This document shows positions 48,364 through 60,507 of a stretch of DNA of 64,000 bases, one piece after another. The first letter of the stretch is position 1. Each line of letters opens with the position of its first letter. Position numbers and translations under genes: made by a program. The notes beneath the pieces were generated by a model. It was not told where the DNA came from and made no database searches. It was given only the letters and a program-made list of their open reading frames with translations. The stretch covers positions 446,106 to 510,105 of the forward strand of contig VRVR01000004.1 in the NCBI GenBank assembly GCA_009859145.1, written 5' to 3'. This stretch comes from Andalucia godoyi And28 (taxonomy: Eukaryota > Protista > Jakobida).

Positions 48364-51300
48364 AGTCGTGGGTATCCAGGACAGAATTCAGAAATATTCT
48401 TCGTCATTTGCTCATGGTGATTTTCAGCCATACGTGCCGGAATCGAGGAAACGCTCCCGTGTTTGGGAAGTGTCCGAGACACCAAAACTTGGGTCGTTGT
48501 TTCCGGGACAAGCACAGCAAACATCCTCAGCGAGTGTTCTTACCACTAGCGCAGAATTGGATTCATCTGTGCGCTGCGACACCGCTTCCATGCGCGCGGG
48601 CGTCTCGGAGACGTCGCTCCTGTCGTTTCCATTGGCATTACAATTGCCAGTAACGCCCATAGACAAGATTATGCAGCATGAATCACCACAGACACTCGAA
48701 GCCGATGTGTCTTTCAACGATCTGATTCTTCTCGACTCTGGGGAATGCGATGGTTATGAACACAGCGATTATCGAAGTTTGCTCAGAGAGTCTCTGGCAG
48801 ACATGGATGGTGTTCATGCGTACCAGCTTCGAAACTATGCAAAAGTCCAGGACGACGGGACTCAGACGAGGATTCGCGCCTATATGGATGAATCGTCGAA
48901 TCTGGACGACGGAAGCTTGGATGTTTCGCTGGATTCTGAGGGAGACGTATCATCTGCAGTCCAGTTGGAGTACGCTAGGCGACACGTGGCCTCAGGGACT
49001 GCAAGGAAGGAATCGCGCAGTCTGACGCACGAGCAGAAAATGTTCCTTTTGTCTGCACTGGAAGCAGAGAAACGGAACAGGAATGACTGCAAGAACGACG
49101 ACTGCAGCGGCATCCAATTTGTTCGATCCGTCCGCAGGAGGGATGTTTTACAGAAATCCACTGAGCCGACGTCCCGACTTCCTGGTCCAAAGATACCGTC
49201 TTCTACTCGGCGAACCTTGCAATACCGCATCTCTGCATTCGGAGAAGTCGGGCTTGTGAACGACGCGATCAAATACAAACGGGCCCCTGCTTCCAATTTT
49301 TCAAAGGCCGTCGAGCGGTTTGCAGAGCCCAAGCAAGAAGCAAAACAATTGGGGGGCGGTCATACAAGTATCCCTACGTCTCCTGGTCGAGAGTGTTCTG
49401 TCAACTTTGTTCTTCCGCGTCCTCCGGCGGTGGATTTTTCGCACGCACCTCCTCGGTTTCCTGACAATAGGAATGCGGTGGATGAGCGCACTCCACTGAA
49501 TGTTCAGTTTCATGCGGTGGAACGGCGGACCGTGGGGGCAAAGATTGCTCCAGAACCAGTGCATAAGCCCGTGATAGAAGACGATGATACAAACTCGCTG
49601 TCGTCCATGACAAGCCACGGGTCCTCCAGCCAGTCCTCGGCGGTGTCTGCATCGAAGGTGGTATCCTTCAGTCGATACGTAAGCCGGGATCGAGATCCGA
49701 ACTCGCCATTCTTCGTGAAGAAGGACGCCGGTTCTACGATCTCGCCTTCGCTGTTGAATCCAGACGCGTGGAAAAATATTCGCCCGAGTGCTGGGAATGT
49801 GTTTATGCCGACCGAAAGAAGGTTTTCATTCGACTCGGAAACGGAGCATGATTTTCCGAGTTCTGTGACGAGCGACGGCCCTGCTGTTCCGAACGATTCC
49901 TTCATTCGGGCAAATGCTAGAGCAGCCCGATTGGACCTCTCCGGTTCTCGTCCCGGAATTGCAAACGCTCGCGCTTCTCCTGGCCCGGGAGCGTACGATG
50001 TGGCGAATGACGCGACAAGGAGAAGTGTCCCGACATTCCGAATTGTGCATTATGACGATTCTGTTTCCGGCGATCCAGTCATGATCGCGAAGAATCGGCT
50101 TCGCAAGCAGTCTGAGGCTGATACTCTGTCACGACTGGGACCCGGGTCGTATAATCCGGATATCGAGGCGAGCTCGTTTTTCTCTCGCACACCTGTTGTT
50201 TCTCTGGAGTCCACCGCAAATCGCTTTTCCGATACTTCTCGTATTCTGCGGATCACTCGGTCTGGCGAAATGATGTGGGTTCGTGCTCTTGGTGCAGGTA
50301 ACATCCGTGATGCAATCCTTTCCTCTCGTCGTGGCCCTGGGATGTATCCTGTCGTTTATGATCTTGTGGAGCCGCGCTCTCGAGCTCCTTTTATTTCCTC
50401 CACATACCGTGACGACATGGAGAACAGGGACTTGTCAGGCTTCCGTCCATTTTCAGATGCAATTCCAATGGATTTTGACCAATATTTGCGCTTGCGAAAG
50501 GCATCGTTTCGTTATCATGAGCCGTATGAGATGGATGCGGCCTTTAAAAAGAGGTTGGACGACCGGAGGGAAGACGGGAATCGGTTGGTGCTGGATCCTA
50601 ATGCTACCTATTTTCTACCTCATGTTCCTGTTTCCGATTTCAGCGCCGCCACTGGCCGAGTAGACCGTGTGTTGGATTTGGAGGATGATTCCGACTTCAC
50701 ACTCTTCAAGTACCGATGCTTGAAAGCTGCAGCGACAACGACAATGGGACCGGGAACATACGATGCAGATGACAGAGCGGTGAGACCGAATGCGAAGGCG
50801 GCGACTATTTTACCGGAATCCACCGCATCCTCTCTGCGTCCTACGATCGACGGCCTTCCCTGGCCGGGTGTCGTACCTTCGTATGATCGAAGCACTTTTG
50901 ATCCTCTGCGAGGGGATTCGTTTCTTGCACCCCGCATTCCGACAGCATTCATCTCCAGCGAACCGGACGTTCCTGACACTCTTCCCATGCGTATTTTGGA
51001 GCGTCGCAAGACGCAGGAGCAGCGGGAAAAAGTGTACGACATCCAATGGGACGTTGTGCTTCCCAGAATTCCGACTACATACATCTCGCCTGCTCCGGAT
51101 ATCCGTCGCGAATCCATTTCGGGTGCCCGACTGGAGCTTCGCCAGACGGAAAACTATGTCCACGCGGACTACCGGCCGTCGCACGAGCTCACAGAAGCTC
51201 GTGTAAAAGGGCCCGGGTCGTTTGCAAGTGCAGTGCGCTTCCCCGAAGATCTGTCGTCCTGGGTAGGCCACGTCTCAGTGCTGCACCCAAATACGGACCT

Positions 51301-52318
51301 TGTCAAGAAGCGGGTGTCCTCTGCAAACTTTTCTTCGGGTCCTGACAGGTTCTCAGATGACGATGTCTTGTTTCCTTTTCTTTCGGATGCTCCAAAATCG
51401 GACTTGCATCCAAAGTACGATTTCGTATTGCCGTCTGCTCCGTCCGTGTCCTTCTCGAAGAATCACGAAGATGAGTATCTCAAAAGCATGTTCTTGGAGA
51501 TGCCCGACGGGAGCAGAATTCAGCTGGGCAAGAACTATGTGTCGGTGCTCAGTTCGAAATACGATGGTATGGATCGAAAACTGAAGAGCGTCGCGTTTTC
51601 CGAAGGCTCACGTTTTGACGACGATGTCGAACTCGAGATGTTGAAGCCCCGAGAGCGCTCTGAATTGAATGTAGTTTACGATGCGCTGAGTTCATCGAAG
51701 AGAATCCCCGTTGCCCGTCTTGATGCTCCTGTTTATGCACCCAAGAAAGAGACGACGACGACAGCAGCAGCTACTCCTTCGAGTTCCAAGCCTCCCCATG
51801 TCAAGCCCATCCGTCGACCGGTTTCTGCGAATCCCGACTCTGGAATTCCCGCAGCAGATGTGGACAGCAGTCGAAGACCGGACCCGCTTTCTTCTCATAG
51901 GGCAGTGTCGACTGTACTAACTTCACCGGCCAGCTCTACTACTTCCAAGGTGACTGCAAAATCAGCTCTGTCCGCGGGAGTGGTTGCCGACGTGCACAAT
52001 GGGGATGTTCCGCAGCATCCACTGCCTGCACACGCACCTGAGCGGACGACGGTCGAAGAAGTGTCGCAGCAGCAGCAGCAGCCAGCGGTACCGGAGGATG
52101 CCCCTCCGCCGAGCGGAGATGTCCAATGTCAATCCAGCTTGCAAAAATCTGCATTGATGGCCTTGCTGCACTTAGGTAACCTTCCTGCCCGTTTGGAGGA
52201 TGCCAAACAGAGGAGGATTAACGAGAGAAAATCGCAGTATGAGATTGTCAAAGCGAAGAAGCCGGCCCGGGCTAAAGCTACAGAGACTGGGGATCGATCG
52301 CCCTTGAGCGGATTCTGA
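48197..52318 (+). CDS. Large PGPGxY (SHIPPO/STPG/ODF3-like) repeat protein, probably axonemal
   Basis: SPGPGAYDV, LGPGSYNP, RGPGMYPV and MGPGTYDA, plus many F-x4-RF units; poly-Ser encoded by (TCA)n near 48300. Confidence 0.75.
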
Positions 52319-52453
52319 CGACGGTAATGCGAGTTAATTTATGAAACGACAAGGAAAGAAAAAAAAACAAAAAAAACAAAAAAAAAAAACGAACAATGTA
52401 CAGATGTGATCGCCCGAGTGTAAACGTGGAGCAGCATAGTTCTAGAGCAGTGG

Positions 52454-53881
52454 TTATTGTGGAGGCGCAGGATTGCTTTGCTGCAGTTGGGCCTGCTGTC
52501 GAATCTTCTGGTGTTCCTGAGCTCGCAGATACGTTGGCATGTTCCGCCGATCTCGCGTTTCAAGAGACGGCACGGCCTGGCTAACTTTTCGAATCTGTGC
52601 TGCAGGAGCTCGAGTCGACCGAGCTGCGTCCATGACTTCTCTGCGCAGTGGCTCCGGCAAGGAAGGTGCATTGTAATAATCCATGAGATTTGAGCCCGGA
52701 CGGTTTCGCACCCAAAACTTGACGTTGCGGTCATTGCCAGCGGTTGCCATGCAGTGACCAGCAGGGTGCCAACACATGTCCCAAATGGACTGTTCGTGTG
52801 CCTGTGCAATTTCCGCCAAAGGTTCTTCGACACCCACCATCCAGTAGCGAACAACACCATCATACGTTCCAGCGCAGCACAAGGATTCGTGAATGGGATG
52901 CCAGTTGCACGCAGTGTACTCCTTTGAGCCCGACATGACTTGGAGGGACTTCATGGTACGAATGTCAAACACACGTGCACTTTGATCCCTGGAAACAGAA
53001 AGCAGCCAGTTGCCATTAATAGGGTTCCACTTGAGCCGATGAACGATGCCTCGGTGTTCGTACAGCGCCGACACTACCCCTGCGGAAGGGTTGGCAGACG
53101 AGCTCGAAGCGGCGGAGGCCCGGGGATCCCACAGGCGGATAACCGAGTCCTGGCCACCGGAAGCCACAAGCGACGCGCTCGGATGCCATTCCACAGTCTT
53201 CACTGCGGTTCCATGACCGGGCCAAGTGCATTCTTCTCGTTGTGTCTTGACATCCCAGAGGCGCACTTTTCCGTCGTCCGAGGCACTGGCGAATTTCAAG
53301 TCTGACGGAGCGAATGACAGACCACGAACTGCATCCTGGTGTGCTTCTCCAATGCATGCGACTTCTGTAAGCTGCGGTGTCCAAAACTTGATTTCACCCG
53401 TTGCATCTCCAGAGATCAGCAGAAAGCCCGACCGGGACCAACTCATGGATCGACAAGCGCCCTTCAGATGCGAGTCTTGAATCGTGACAAACGAGAATGT
53501 GTGAGAATACCACATTGTAAACTCTCCTTTGGCGTTTCCAGTGATAAGCACACGACCGTCAGGATACCATGAGTGACAGTACACAATCGCCGGAACCTGG
53601 TTGGTCGCCACTCGACCAAGATGCGTGCACACCGAAGACCAGGGAGCATACGAGACATCCGCAGGGAGCGGAAGATCCTGCGTCGCAAATGGATCTGGTG
53701 CAATGTGCATCGAATCCTTGAAGTCTATTGGCCCATATCCAGCTCGTTTCTGGTGCCAAATGAAGCCATTCGCAATGTCAAACGTCTTCTTTTCCTTCAC
53801 TGCACGCGACGTACGTCCATCGTATCTCTGTTTTGGTCGCTGGTCAAATCCCTCCGCGTTGTACTCAGCTTGAAACGACAT
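52454..53881 (-). CDS. WDR33: Pre-mRNA 3'-end processing WD40 protein WDR33/Pfs2/FY
   Basis: YDGRTSRAVKEKKTFD, LITGNAKGEFTMW, AHQDAVRGLSFAPSDLKFASASDD, AHEQSIW, FWVRNRPG. Confidence 0.95.
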   Translation of the reverse strand: MSFQAEYNAEGFDQRPKQRYDGRTSRAVKEKKTFDIANGFIWHQKRAGYGPIDFKDSMHIAPDPFATQDLPLPADVSYAPWSSVCTHLGRVATNQVPAIVYCHSWYPDGRVLITGNAKGEFTMWYSHTFSFVTIQDSHLKGACRSMSWSRSGFLLISGDATGEIKFWTPQLTEVACIGEAHQDAVRGLSFAPSDLKFASASDDGKVRLWDVKTQREECTWPGHGTAVKTVEWHPSASLVASGGQDSVIRLWDPRASAASSSSANPSAGVVSALYEHRGIVHRLKWNPINGNWLLSVSRDQSARVFDIRTMKSLQVMSGSKEYTACNWHPIHESLCCAGTYDGVVRYWMVGVEEPLAEIAQAHEQSIWDMCWHPAGHCMATAGNDRNVKFWVRNRPGSNLMDYYNAPSLPEPLRREVMDAARSTRAPAAQIRKVSQAVPSLETRDRRNMPTYLRAQEHQKIRQQAQLQQSNPAPPQ

Positions 53882-54194
53882 TTCGAGTTCCTCAGATCAG
53901 CCCAAAGGTAGACTCGACAACCATGAGAAAAGCACTGCAACAGCGGCCTTCTTCTCCAGCTGGTTCCTTTTTTCCCCTCTCTATTTGCTGCATTTGCCCC
54001 TTTGAAAAGCGCAGACTCACGCTTTTGCATTTGAGGCTACACAGCATCAAGTCGTGGGGGAGGAACGCGTAAGAGGGAAACTGGGAAGTGTGTGAACCAG
54101 GTGACTGAACAGCATGCAGATGGAGGAGAGATTTCTCGGATCTTCATGTCTTATCTTTGCATAGCTTGAACAGACAATTCATTTTTCTATTGTG

Positions 54195-55412
54195 ATGGAG
54201 GGCAGCCAGTCCGAAGGGGCTCCTGTGGAACGCGGAAGACGCGGCGGCCGTGGAGGATCGCATGGAAAAGCCCGTCGCGGTTCCAGTCGCGGAGGAATTA
54301 CGACCACTGTACCATCCTCATCCTCATCCTCATCCTCAACTGCGGCATCAGCGTCCACCACAGTTCCAACGTCATCAGCAACAAATGTGAATGCAACAGC
54401 AATGGTGGCGTCGCAGTCACTACCTGCAGGACAATCCAGAAAACACTCCCAATCCAAATCGCATGCGAAATCGCACCAGTCGCGCCAACAACAACAGCAA
54501 AAACAACAACAGCAACAGCAACAGCAACAGCAACGAAGATTGGTTCGTCCGGCAGAATTGCAGGATTTTGCATTCTTTACGTCTTCGGGAGCTATGTACA
54601 GCATTGCAAAACCGCAAAGCCGCCTCAAGGTTGTCATATACCCGCTTCCGTCAGCGATGTGCGAAGCATCGTTCCGATCGGCATTCCCGTCGGTCGTGCA
54701 ATGCGCAAACTGGGTGAGATATGTTCAGGGAAGCAAGTGCGATCGTTCTCTATTTCGGGACGGAGAATCAGACTATGCATTTCCTTCGAGGTGTTATTGT
54801 GCGTTTTCGGATGTTGATTCCGTCATCAAATGCCATGCAGAACTGGATGGAAAGAGCGTATTTGAAGGGAGTTCACAGACTGTGGCCTTTGTGGAGTATG
54901 CGCCTTTGCAAATGACACCGTCTCTCTACAAGACTGCCGTACGAGAGGAAAAGGCCACTGCAAAGCGCGGCTCTGGCAGAAAGGATAAGGAGGGGAAGGA
55001 GAAAAAGGGGGCGGAAAGAGAAAAAGAAAAACAGAACAACAATGCAATGAAGCGAGAGGATGATCTCAGGTTGGATGCAGATTACTTGGAGTTTGTTCGG
55101 ATGATTGAAGAGCAGCGTGCCGCTCCTCCGTCTGCCGATTTCTTGACATCGGAATCGAGTGACGCAAAGACTGGAGGGGGACCCAAAAGGGAAGTCACCA
55201 TGACTCCCCTTGTCCAAGCCATTCTTGCAAAGAAGATTCGAAAGCCTACCAAGAACAAGCAGTCGAAGAAGAAACCGTCGTCCCAACAAGGTCAACAAAT
55301 GCGTCAGACCGCGGAGCAGGTCCAGGGAAGCGAAGGACGGCCGCAGGGAAATCGGGGTAACAGAAAACGAGGACGCGGACCTCGAAAGCAGCCCTCTGAC
55401 CAACCGCTTTAA
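54195..55412 (+). CDS. UPF3: Nonsense-mediated decay factor UPF3
   Basis: Smg4_UPF3-like RRM: LKVVIYPLP, PSRCYCAF, VEYAPLQMTP, DADYLEFV; K/R-rich tail. Confidence 0.85.
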   Translation: MEGSQSEGAPVERGRRGGRGGSHGKARRGSSRGGITTTVPSSSSSSSSTAASASTTVPTSSATNVNATAMVASQSLPAGQSRKHSQSKSHAKSHQSRQQQQQKQQQQQQQQQQRRLVRPAELQDFAFFTSSGAMYSIAKPQSRLKVVIYPLPSAMCEASFRSAFPSVVQCANWVRYVQGSKCDRSLFRDGESDYAFPSRCYCAFSDVDSVIKCHAELDGKSVFEGSSQTVAFVEYAPLQMTPSLYKTAVREEKATAKRGSGRKDKEGKEKKGAEREKEKQNNNAMKREDDLRLDADYLEFVRMIEEQRAAPPSADFLTSESSDAKTGGGPKREVTMTPLVQAILAKKIRKPTKNKQSKKKPSSQQGQQMRQTAEQVQGSEGRPQGNRGNRKRGRGPRKQPSDQPL

Positions 55413-56008
55413 GAAAAAACTTAAATGGCGCATTTGTTTTTATAATTTGCGATCTCTTGCAGATGGAACTTTTCTTTGTGGATCGCAAAACTCGATATAG
55501 CGAGTTCGGTCTTGTCTCTGGTCCCTCGCGAAAGTGCGAGAGGAACTGGTGTTGTGCACGCCGTTTCGTCCGTGAATCTGCATGCACGCTTGATGTCTGG
55601 CTTCTCTTCTTTCGGATAACAAGTAAAATAAATTAAAAAAGAAAGAAGAAATGCCAAATGCACAATGCACAGCAGCGCCGTCCACTGTTTAGCGATCTGG
55701 CGGTTGTCGTGCGGCAGGGAGAAAAATGTCATCATCAAAAACAAAAGCAAAAACCATTAAAAAAAAATTAAATTCGGCGAGTAAAGCGTGAACGCTCGTA
55801 AAAATAAATAAAAACCCGTCAATGACAGCTGGTAAGAAAGGACGATAGAACACTGCATCGGACAGTAGGAAAAGCTGCCGTTGCAGAGATGATGAATCAA
55901 AGAAAAAGACAAGATTGAAAAACCTTAGTTCCCTCCCTTCCCGTTTCACTTTGCAACACTTGTCAAACGAAAGAAGAAGAAGAAGAAGAAGAAGCAAAGA
56001 ATTCCAGT

Positions 56009-56893
56009 ATGAATGACAGTTATGCGAATGCAAAGGTTCTCAAGCCGAGCTTTGCGCCTCGACCTTCCTCTGCAATTCCGAGGGCTCCTGCAGCGCTGCC
56101 CTCTTCCTCTTCGGCGTCTGTTTCTGAAGATCCGACGGCAGCATCCGGTGCTGCAGGATTTCGGTTCTCAAAAAAGATGGTCAATCCGAATGATTTGTTC
56201 CTGTCAAATGAGCGAATCCAAGGAAAACGTGTGCTGAAAGACGGAATGCCAGAAGAACGCGATCGTGCTGGAATGAGGTGTCTGAATGCGCGAGACGAAT
56301 GGCGACCGTCGCGAAGAAGAGTGTCTGTAGATCACGGAGGAGATGCAGAACTGCTCCCTGCCAAAAAACATGTTTCCGATGTTCGCGTTTATGCAGACCA
56401 TGACCCGTTGCTGCAGCATCAGCAGTCAGCACGATCAGGATCAGGATCCAATGTGTTCGGCGGTTGTGTGCCAAAACTGCAGGATTATCCACGAAAAACT
56501 GGACTGCGGTCTGTCGACATGTCGAATTTCAGCTGCATGAGCAATGAGGAACGTAATATCATGATGGCTCGCAAGCGAAGAGTCGACGTCTCCCGACCGT
56601 CGTCCGCTTCTACGGATCGCGGCGAATTCCCAATGCGAACAGGGCTTCGTGTGAACTTGGCAATGTCGGGAGCGAGCCAGGTTCCGTCTGTGATTGCGTA
56701 CGATTACGCAGGGCCCTTGAAGTCAGACAACTCATACCAACCGATTGCCACCGAGCGGAAGCTGCAGGAGCAGCGCGTGGCGTCGGCTGCAGCGGAAACT
56801 GCTCAGAATACTCGCTTGTATCAGCAATACAAGACCCGGTCTAACATGTCAACATCAGCACTGACGGATCCGTTGTATGACAAGCGTCCATGA
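56009..56893 (+). CDS. Hypothetical disordered basic protein
   Basis: 294-aa ATG ORF between AT-rich spacers. Confidence 0.7.
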   Translation: MNDSYANAKVLKPSFAPRPSSAIPRAPAALPSSSSASVSEDPTAASGAAGFRFSKKMVNPNDLFLSNERIQGKRVLKDGMPEERDRAGMRCLNARDEWRPSRRRVSVDHGGDAELLPAKKHVSDVRVYADHDPLLQHQQSARSGSGSNVFGGCVPKLQDYPRKTGLRSVDMSNFSCMSNEERNIMMARKRRVDVSRPSSASTDRGEFPMRTGLRVNLAMSGASQVPSVIAYDYAGPLKSDNSYQPIATERKLQEQRVASAAAETAQNTRLYQQYKTRSNMSTSALTDPLYDKRP

Positions 56894-57134
56894 TCCGATT
56901 TCATGATTTGGCTTTCTCGCGCGCCCGTCCCCTTCAACTTGCTTCTGTCTTATCCGCACCTCCCCCCCCTCCCTCCTTCTCCAGACATGATCCCAATCGG
57001 GTGTTTGTAAATATCCTTTTATCGAGGACTTGCAGCATCCATACACTTGCTGTCACAACAGAAACGATTGATGAAAATGAGAGATCGCAAACAACACTGC
57101 AAAAAACATGTCTTTATCTCTTAATTGCTCGTGC

Positions 57135-58123
57135 TTATTGAGAAGCAGCAGCCGGAGTCTGCGCCGGCTGCTCGTCCTTTTGTCTCCACAAAATAACCTC
57201 CACTTGCTTAAAGTATCGTCGATCGCTATCGTCGATGATGAACAGATTCAGGTAGTATCGCACAGAGAACTTGTTGTTGACATTGGAATACGTCGGAGTC
57301 AGGGGATATGCGGAGAGGAACATTCGGACGGGAATCGACTCGCCACGTACTGGTGCACCATCCATTACTTCGAAACGCGTCAGTGTTTCAGACTCGGTGT
57401 ACAGCGACGGCCCCGAGCCAGTGGACTCACGACGAATCAGAGCAACTTCCATGTGCTTTATGCGGATCTTCACAAGGAGAAAGTAAATTTTTCCAACAAC
57501 CACGTCCTTCAAATGATACTTCTGGCGATCATATTCAAACTCGATGTGAAGCGCATCTTCAATGCCGACCTCCATTTTGATGGAGGGGTTGATGAGCGGT
57601 GCCTCAGTATACTGTTGCACCCAAAATTCCTTCTCCTGTACAACATTCGAAGCGTATGACCGCTGAATAATGACGCGCACGGAATACCGCACGCGAGCAT
57701 TGATTCCCGAGTACGATTCGTACGGCATTTCCACATTCGGGAAGGAGAATTCGTAGTTGACAGGCGCAACCAGATCACCAGCCTCTGCAAGCTCCTTTAC
57801 AACGTTGGCAAAGTCGAAGCGGTCCGTGCGCTCCGATGAGACGATGATCTGCCCGACAACCTCCACACGAATGCCTTGGTGCTCAATCTTTTTGGAGTTG
57901 AGTGTGATTGCAATCTTTCCAGATATCGAGTCTCCAACCGCATAAACAAAAAACGTATCTGTGCCGCCCTCTGCGCTCTCTTTCGGGACATCTACTGTCT
58001 TTTTTCCTTCTGTACCCACAAGATCCAGGGAAATCACACATGGGGGACCAAAAAGCTAGTTTAAAAACACCACAGTGAGTCGTACATTCTCATTCTCAAG
58101 CTGCGAACGATGTAAACCGAATG

Positions 58124-58182
<59 letters not shown>

Positions 58183-58286
58183 AAGAAGAAGAAGAAGAAA
58201 GAGGAAGAAAGAGGAAGAGGAAGAGGAAGAGGAAGAGGAAGAGGAAGAGGAAGAGGAAGAAAGATGCATACCTTTCCGAATACCAT
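57135..58286 (-). CDS. VPS26: Retromer subunit VPS26, two exons
   Basis: Exon 1 58286..58272 (MVFGK); intron 58271..58056 (GTATGC...TAG); exon 2 LFGPPCVISLDL...IEHQGI, MPYESYSG, IKMEVGIEDALHIEFEY, EVMDGAPVRGESIP, RRYFKQ. Confidence 0.95.
58125..58262. repeat. Compound microsatellite (AAT)n(AAG)n(AAGAGG)n inside VPS26 intron 1
   Basis: Direct reading. Confidence 0.95.
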
Positions 58287-58669
58287 TTGCTGTCGTTGCA
58301 GGAATCAAAAAATGTGATTGACAAATAAAAAGGATGATCGTTCCGCCTGTTCTATCAATAAAACATGAAATAAACAGATGCCCCCGCGGGTGATGGAGGA
58401 ATTGAAGGATTGGAATGGTGGTGGCGCGGTCAATGGTCGTCCCTTTGTCTTGCTGCAGTTTTTTTTGCTGCTTGAGACTTGAGACTCGCCTGCTGTGGTG
58501 TGTGGTTTGCTGGACTTTTCAAAGAAAGTCAAGTTTGTATCGATTTTTGGTCCCTTCTTCCCGTTTTCGTTTGACATTTTTAATTTTAGTTTTTTAACAT
58601 TCAATTTAATAATAGAAAAGACTTGAAATTTCTTTTCTTTTATTGTTGTCTGCAGTCGTATTTCCAAAG

Positions 58670-59551
58670 ATGGCAGATCTTGAGTCCAATCCGCGTGCTG
58701 CTGAGATTTCTTCGATTTCACCGGAAGAACAGGTGCGCTGTGTGTATGTGACGGGAATCAGCGCGTCTGCGAATGAAAAAGAAGTTTCGGACTTTTTTGC
58801 GTTTTGCGGCACTGTGTCGCGCTTGATCCAAGACAAGGATCCCAATCAAGAAGGATTCCAATTTGCATTTGTCGTTTTTGAGGACGAGCAAGCAGCCAAC
58901 ACGGCGCAGCTGCTGTCCAATGCGGTTATTGCTCAGCATCCCATCACGGTCGCACCGTTCCTTGCTCCGCACCAGCGGCCGTCGTCAACAGCTGAAACAA
59001 CAGCCCCCGCTGGAGCGGAAGCCTCAAGTTCGGCAGCACAACAGAGCGGGTCCTCACGATCTGCAACTGCCGTCATGGCTTCTCTCGCGGCCGCCGGGCT
59101 GATCAAGGGACAGGATGTGATGACAACCTTCCGAGGCCGAGCACAAGAGTTCGATTCTCGCGTGGGAATGTCTGAAAAGGCAAAGTTTGCCGCAACGGTT
59201 GCGGAATCCAAGGTCAAGGAAGTGGACGAGAAATTCAAGATTTCACAGACCTTGAATGCAGCGCAGATCGTCGCACAGCAAAAGATGCAGCAGATTGATG
59301 CGACGTACGGTCTTTCAGAGAAGGGGAAAATTGCCAATGAAAAGATGAGACATGCAGTTGACCAGGTAATGCAGGCTCCGCCAGTCAAGGCAGGCATTGA
59401 TTTGCTGGCATTGTTGGGTGGCGCCATTGTCGACAAGGTGAAGACGTTTGGAGAGGAGGTTCAGCGACAAGCATCAACATCGCATTCCCAAAACGCAGCG
59501 ACACCTACGCCTCCTGCTCCTGAGCGTAACGTGTACGAGGATCTTGAGTAG
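58670..59551 (+). CDS. RRM protein with C-terminal helical repeats (plant BPA1 / fission yeast Vip1-like)
   Basis: RRM with VYVTGIS (RNP2-like) and FAFVVF (RNP1-like); repeats FDSRVGMSEK, VDEKFKISQ, IDATYGLSEK; ATG 58670. Confidence 0.75.
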   Translation: MADLESNPRAAEISSISPEEQVRCVYVTGISASANEKEVSDFFAFCGTVSRLIQDKDPNQEGFQFAFVVFEDEQAANTAQLLSNAVIAQHPITVAPFLAPHQRPSSTAETTAPAGAEASSSAAQQSGSSRSATAVMASLAAAGLIKGQDVMTTFRGRAQEFDSRVGMSEKAKFAATVAESKVKEVDEKFKISQTLNAAQIVAQQKMQQIDATYGLSEKGKIANEKMRHAVDQVMQAPPVKAGIDLLALLGGAIVDKVKTFGEEVQRQASTSHSQNAATPTPPAPERNVYEDLE

Positions 59552-59634
59552 CATCGATCTTTGTGCGTCGTGCGCGTTTTAATTCGTAAAAAATTGAGAA
59601 GAAAAAAGTATAAGAAAGAAAGAAGTACAAACAG

Positions 59635-60507
59635 CTATTCCTCGTCCGATGATGTCGTGGCGACGTGTATGTCCGACGATGTACTATCCATTCCGGCATT
59701 CGCTAGCAAAAAGGCATCGCACGCATCTGCTGGGTCGACGTGGTGCAGTGGACGGTCCGTCTGAGAATTCCAACGGAAGCTTCCTTCCGGACGATTCCAG
59801 TGCACGTTACCTGCGCCAAAGTCCGGGCCCAGTGTTCCGAAACGGTCTGCCGGCTGCTGGTTCATGTCCGATGGAAAAGAAAGCGCTGCTTGATGCTGAA
59901 CACGGGGAAACGAGGCGAAAAACTCTGCAGACTCTTCAATGGCACGCAGAACCTCGACGAGCACAGAAGAAACAGCAGACTGCACACCGCAGTTCCTGTT
60001 CTTACGCACCCAAGACTTGGAGAGATCCTTATAAAGCTCCGTAATGTACATGTGTGCCCCGTCGGAGCTGCTTGTGCTGAACACAAAGTTTGATCGCATG
60101 ATTGGATCCTGCCTGCCCGACCCTGCATTCCTGTTTTCTTCCAGAGACAGGGAAACCGGTTTCGTCAAGTTTTTCGCCGATTGCCGATGCTCCACGTCTT
60201 TCCAGTCTGTCGATCGATTGTCGAGTTCGACAGTGCGGCTGGGCCTGCTCGCTGCTTTCCGCGAGCCTAGAAACGACTGAATTCCAGAAATGGCATCTTG
60301 TACAGTCCTTTTTGATCTAGCGGTTCTTTGTTTCGTACCGGGAGGAGCATCCGGACGATAGTTCTCTTTTCCCTCCGCAGGAACATTGCTCAACAGGGCC
60401 TTGGTTCGCCGTCGCTTGTTCTTCCGCTGGTTGGAGATGTCCGAGATCATTCTTCCCATCTCGGGATCCGACTCGAAATCCAGGGTCGCTTTCGGCTTCT
60501 TGCTCAT
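59635..60507 (-). CDS. Hypothetical basic protein
   Basis: 290-aa ATG ORF; NLS-like RKNKRRR. Confidence 0.7.
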   Translation of the reverse strand: MSKKPKATLDFESDPEMGRMISDISNQRKNKRRRTKALLSNVPAEGKENYRPDAPPGTKQRTARSKRTVQDAISGIQSFLGSRKAASRPSRTVELDNRSTDWKDVEHRQSAKNLTKPVSLSLEENRNAGSGRQDPIMRSNFVFSTSSSDGAHMYITELYKDLSKSWVRKNRNCGVQSAVSSVLVEVLRAIEESAEFFASFPRVQHQAALSFPSDMNQQPADRFGTLGPDFGAGNVHWNRPEGSFRWNSQTDRPLHHVDPADACDAFLLANAGMDSTSSDIHVATTSSDEE

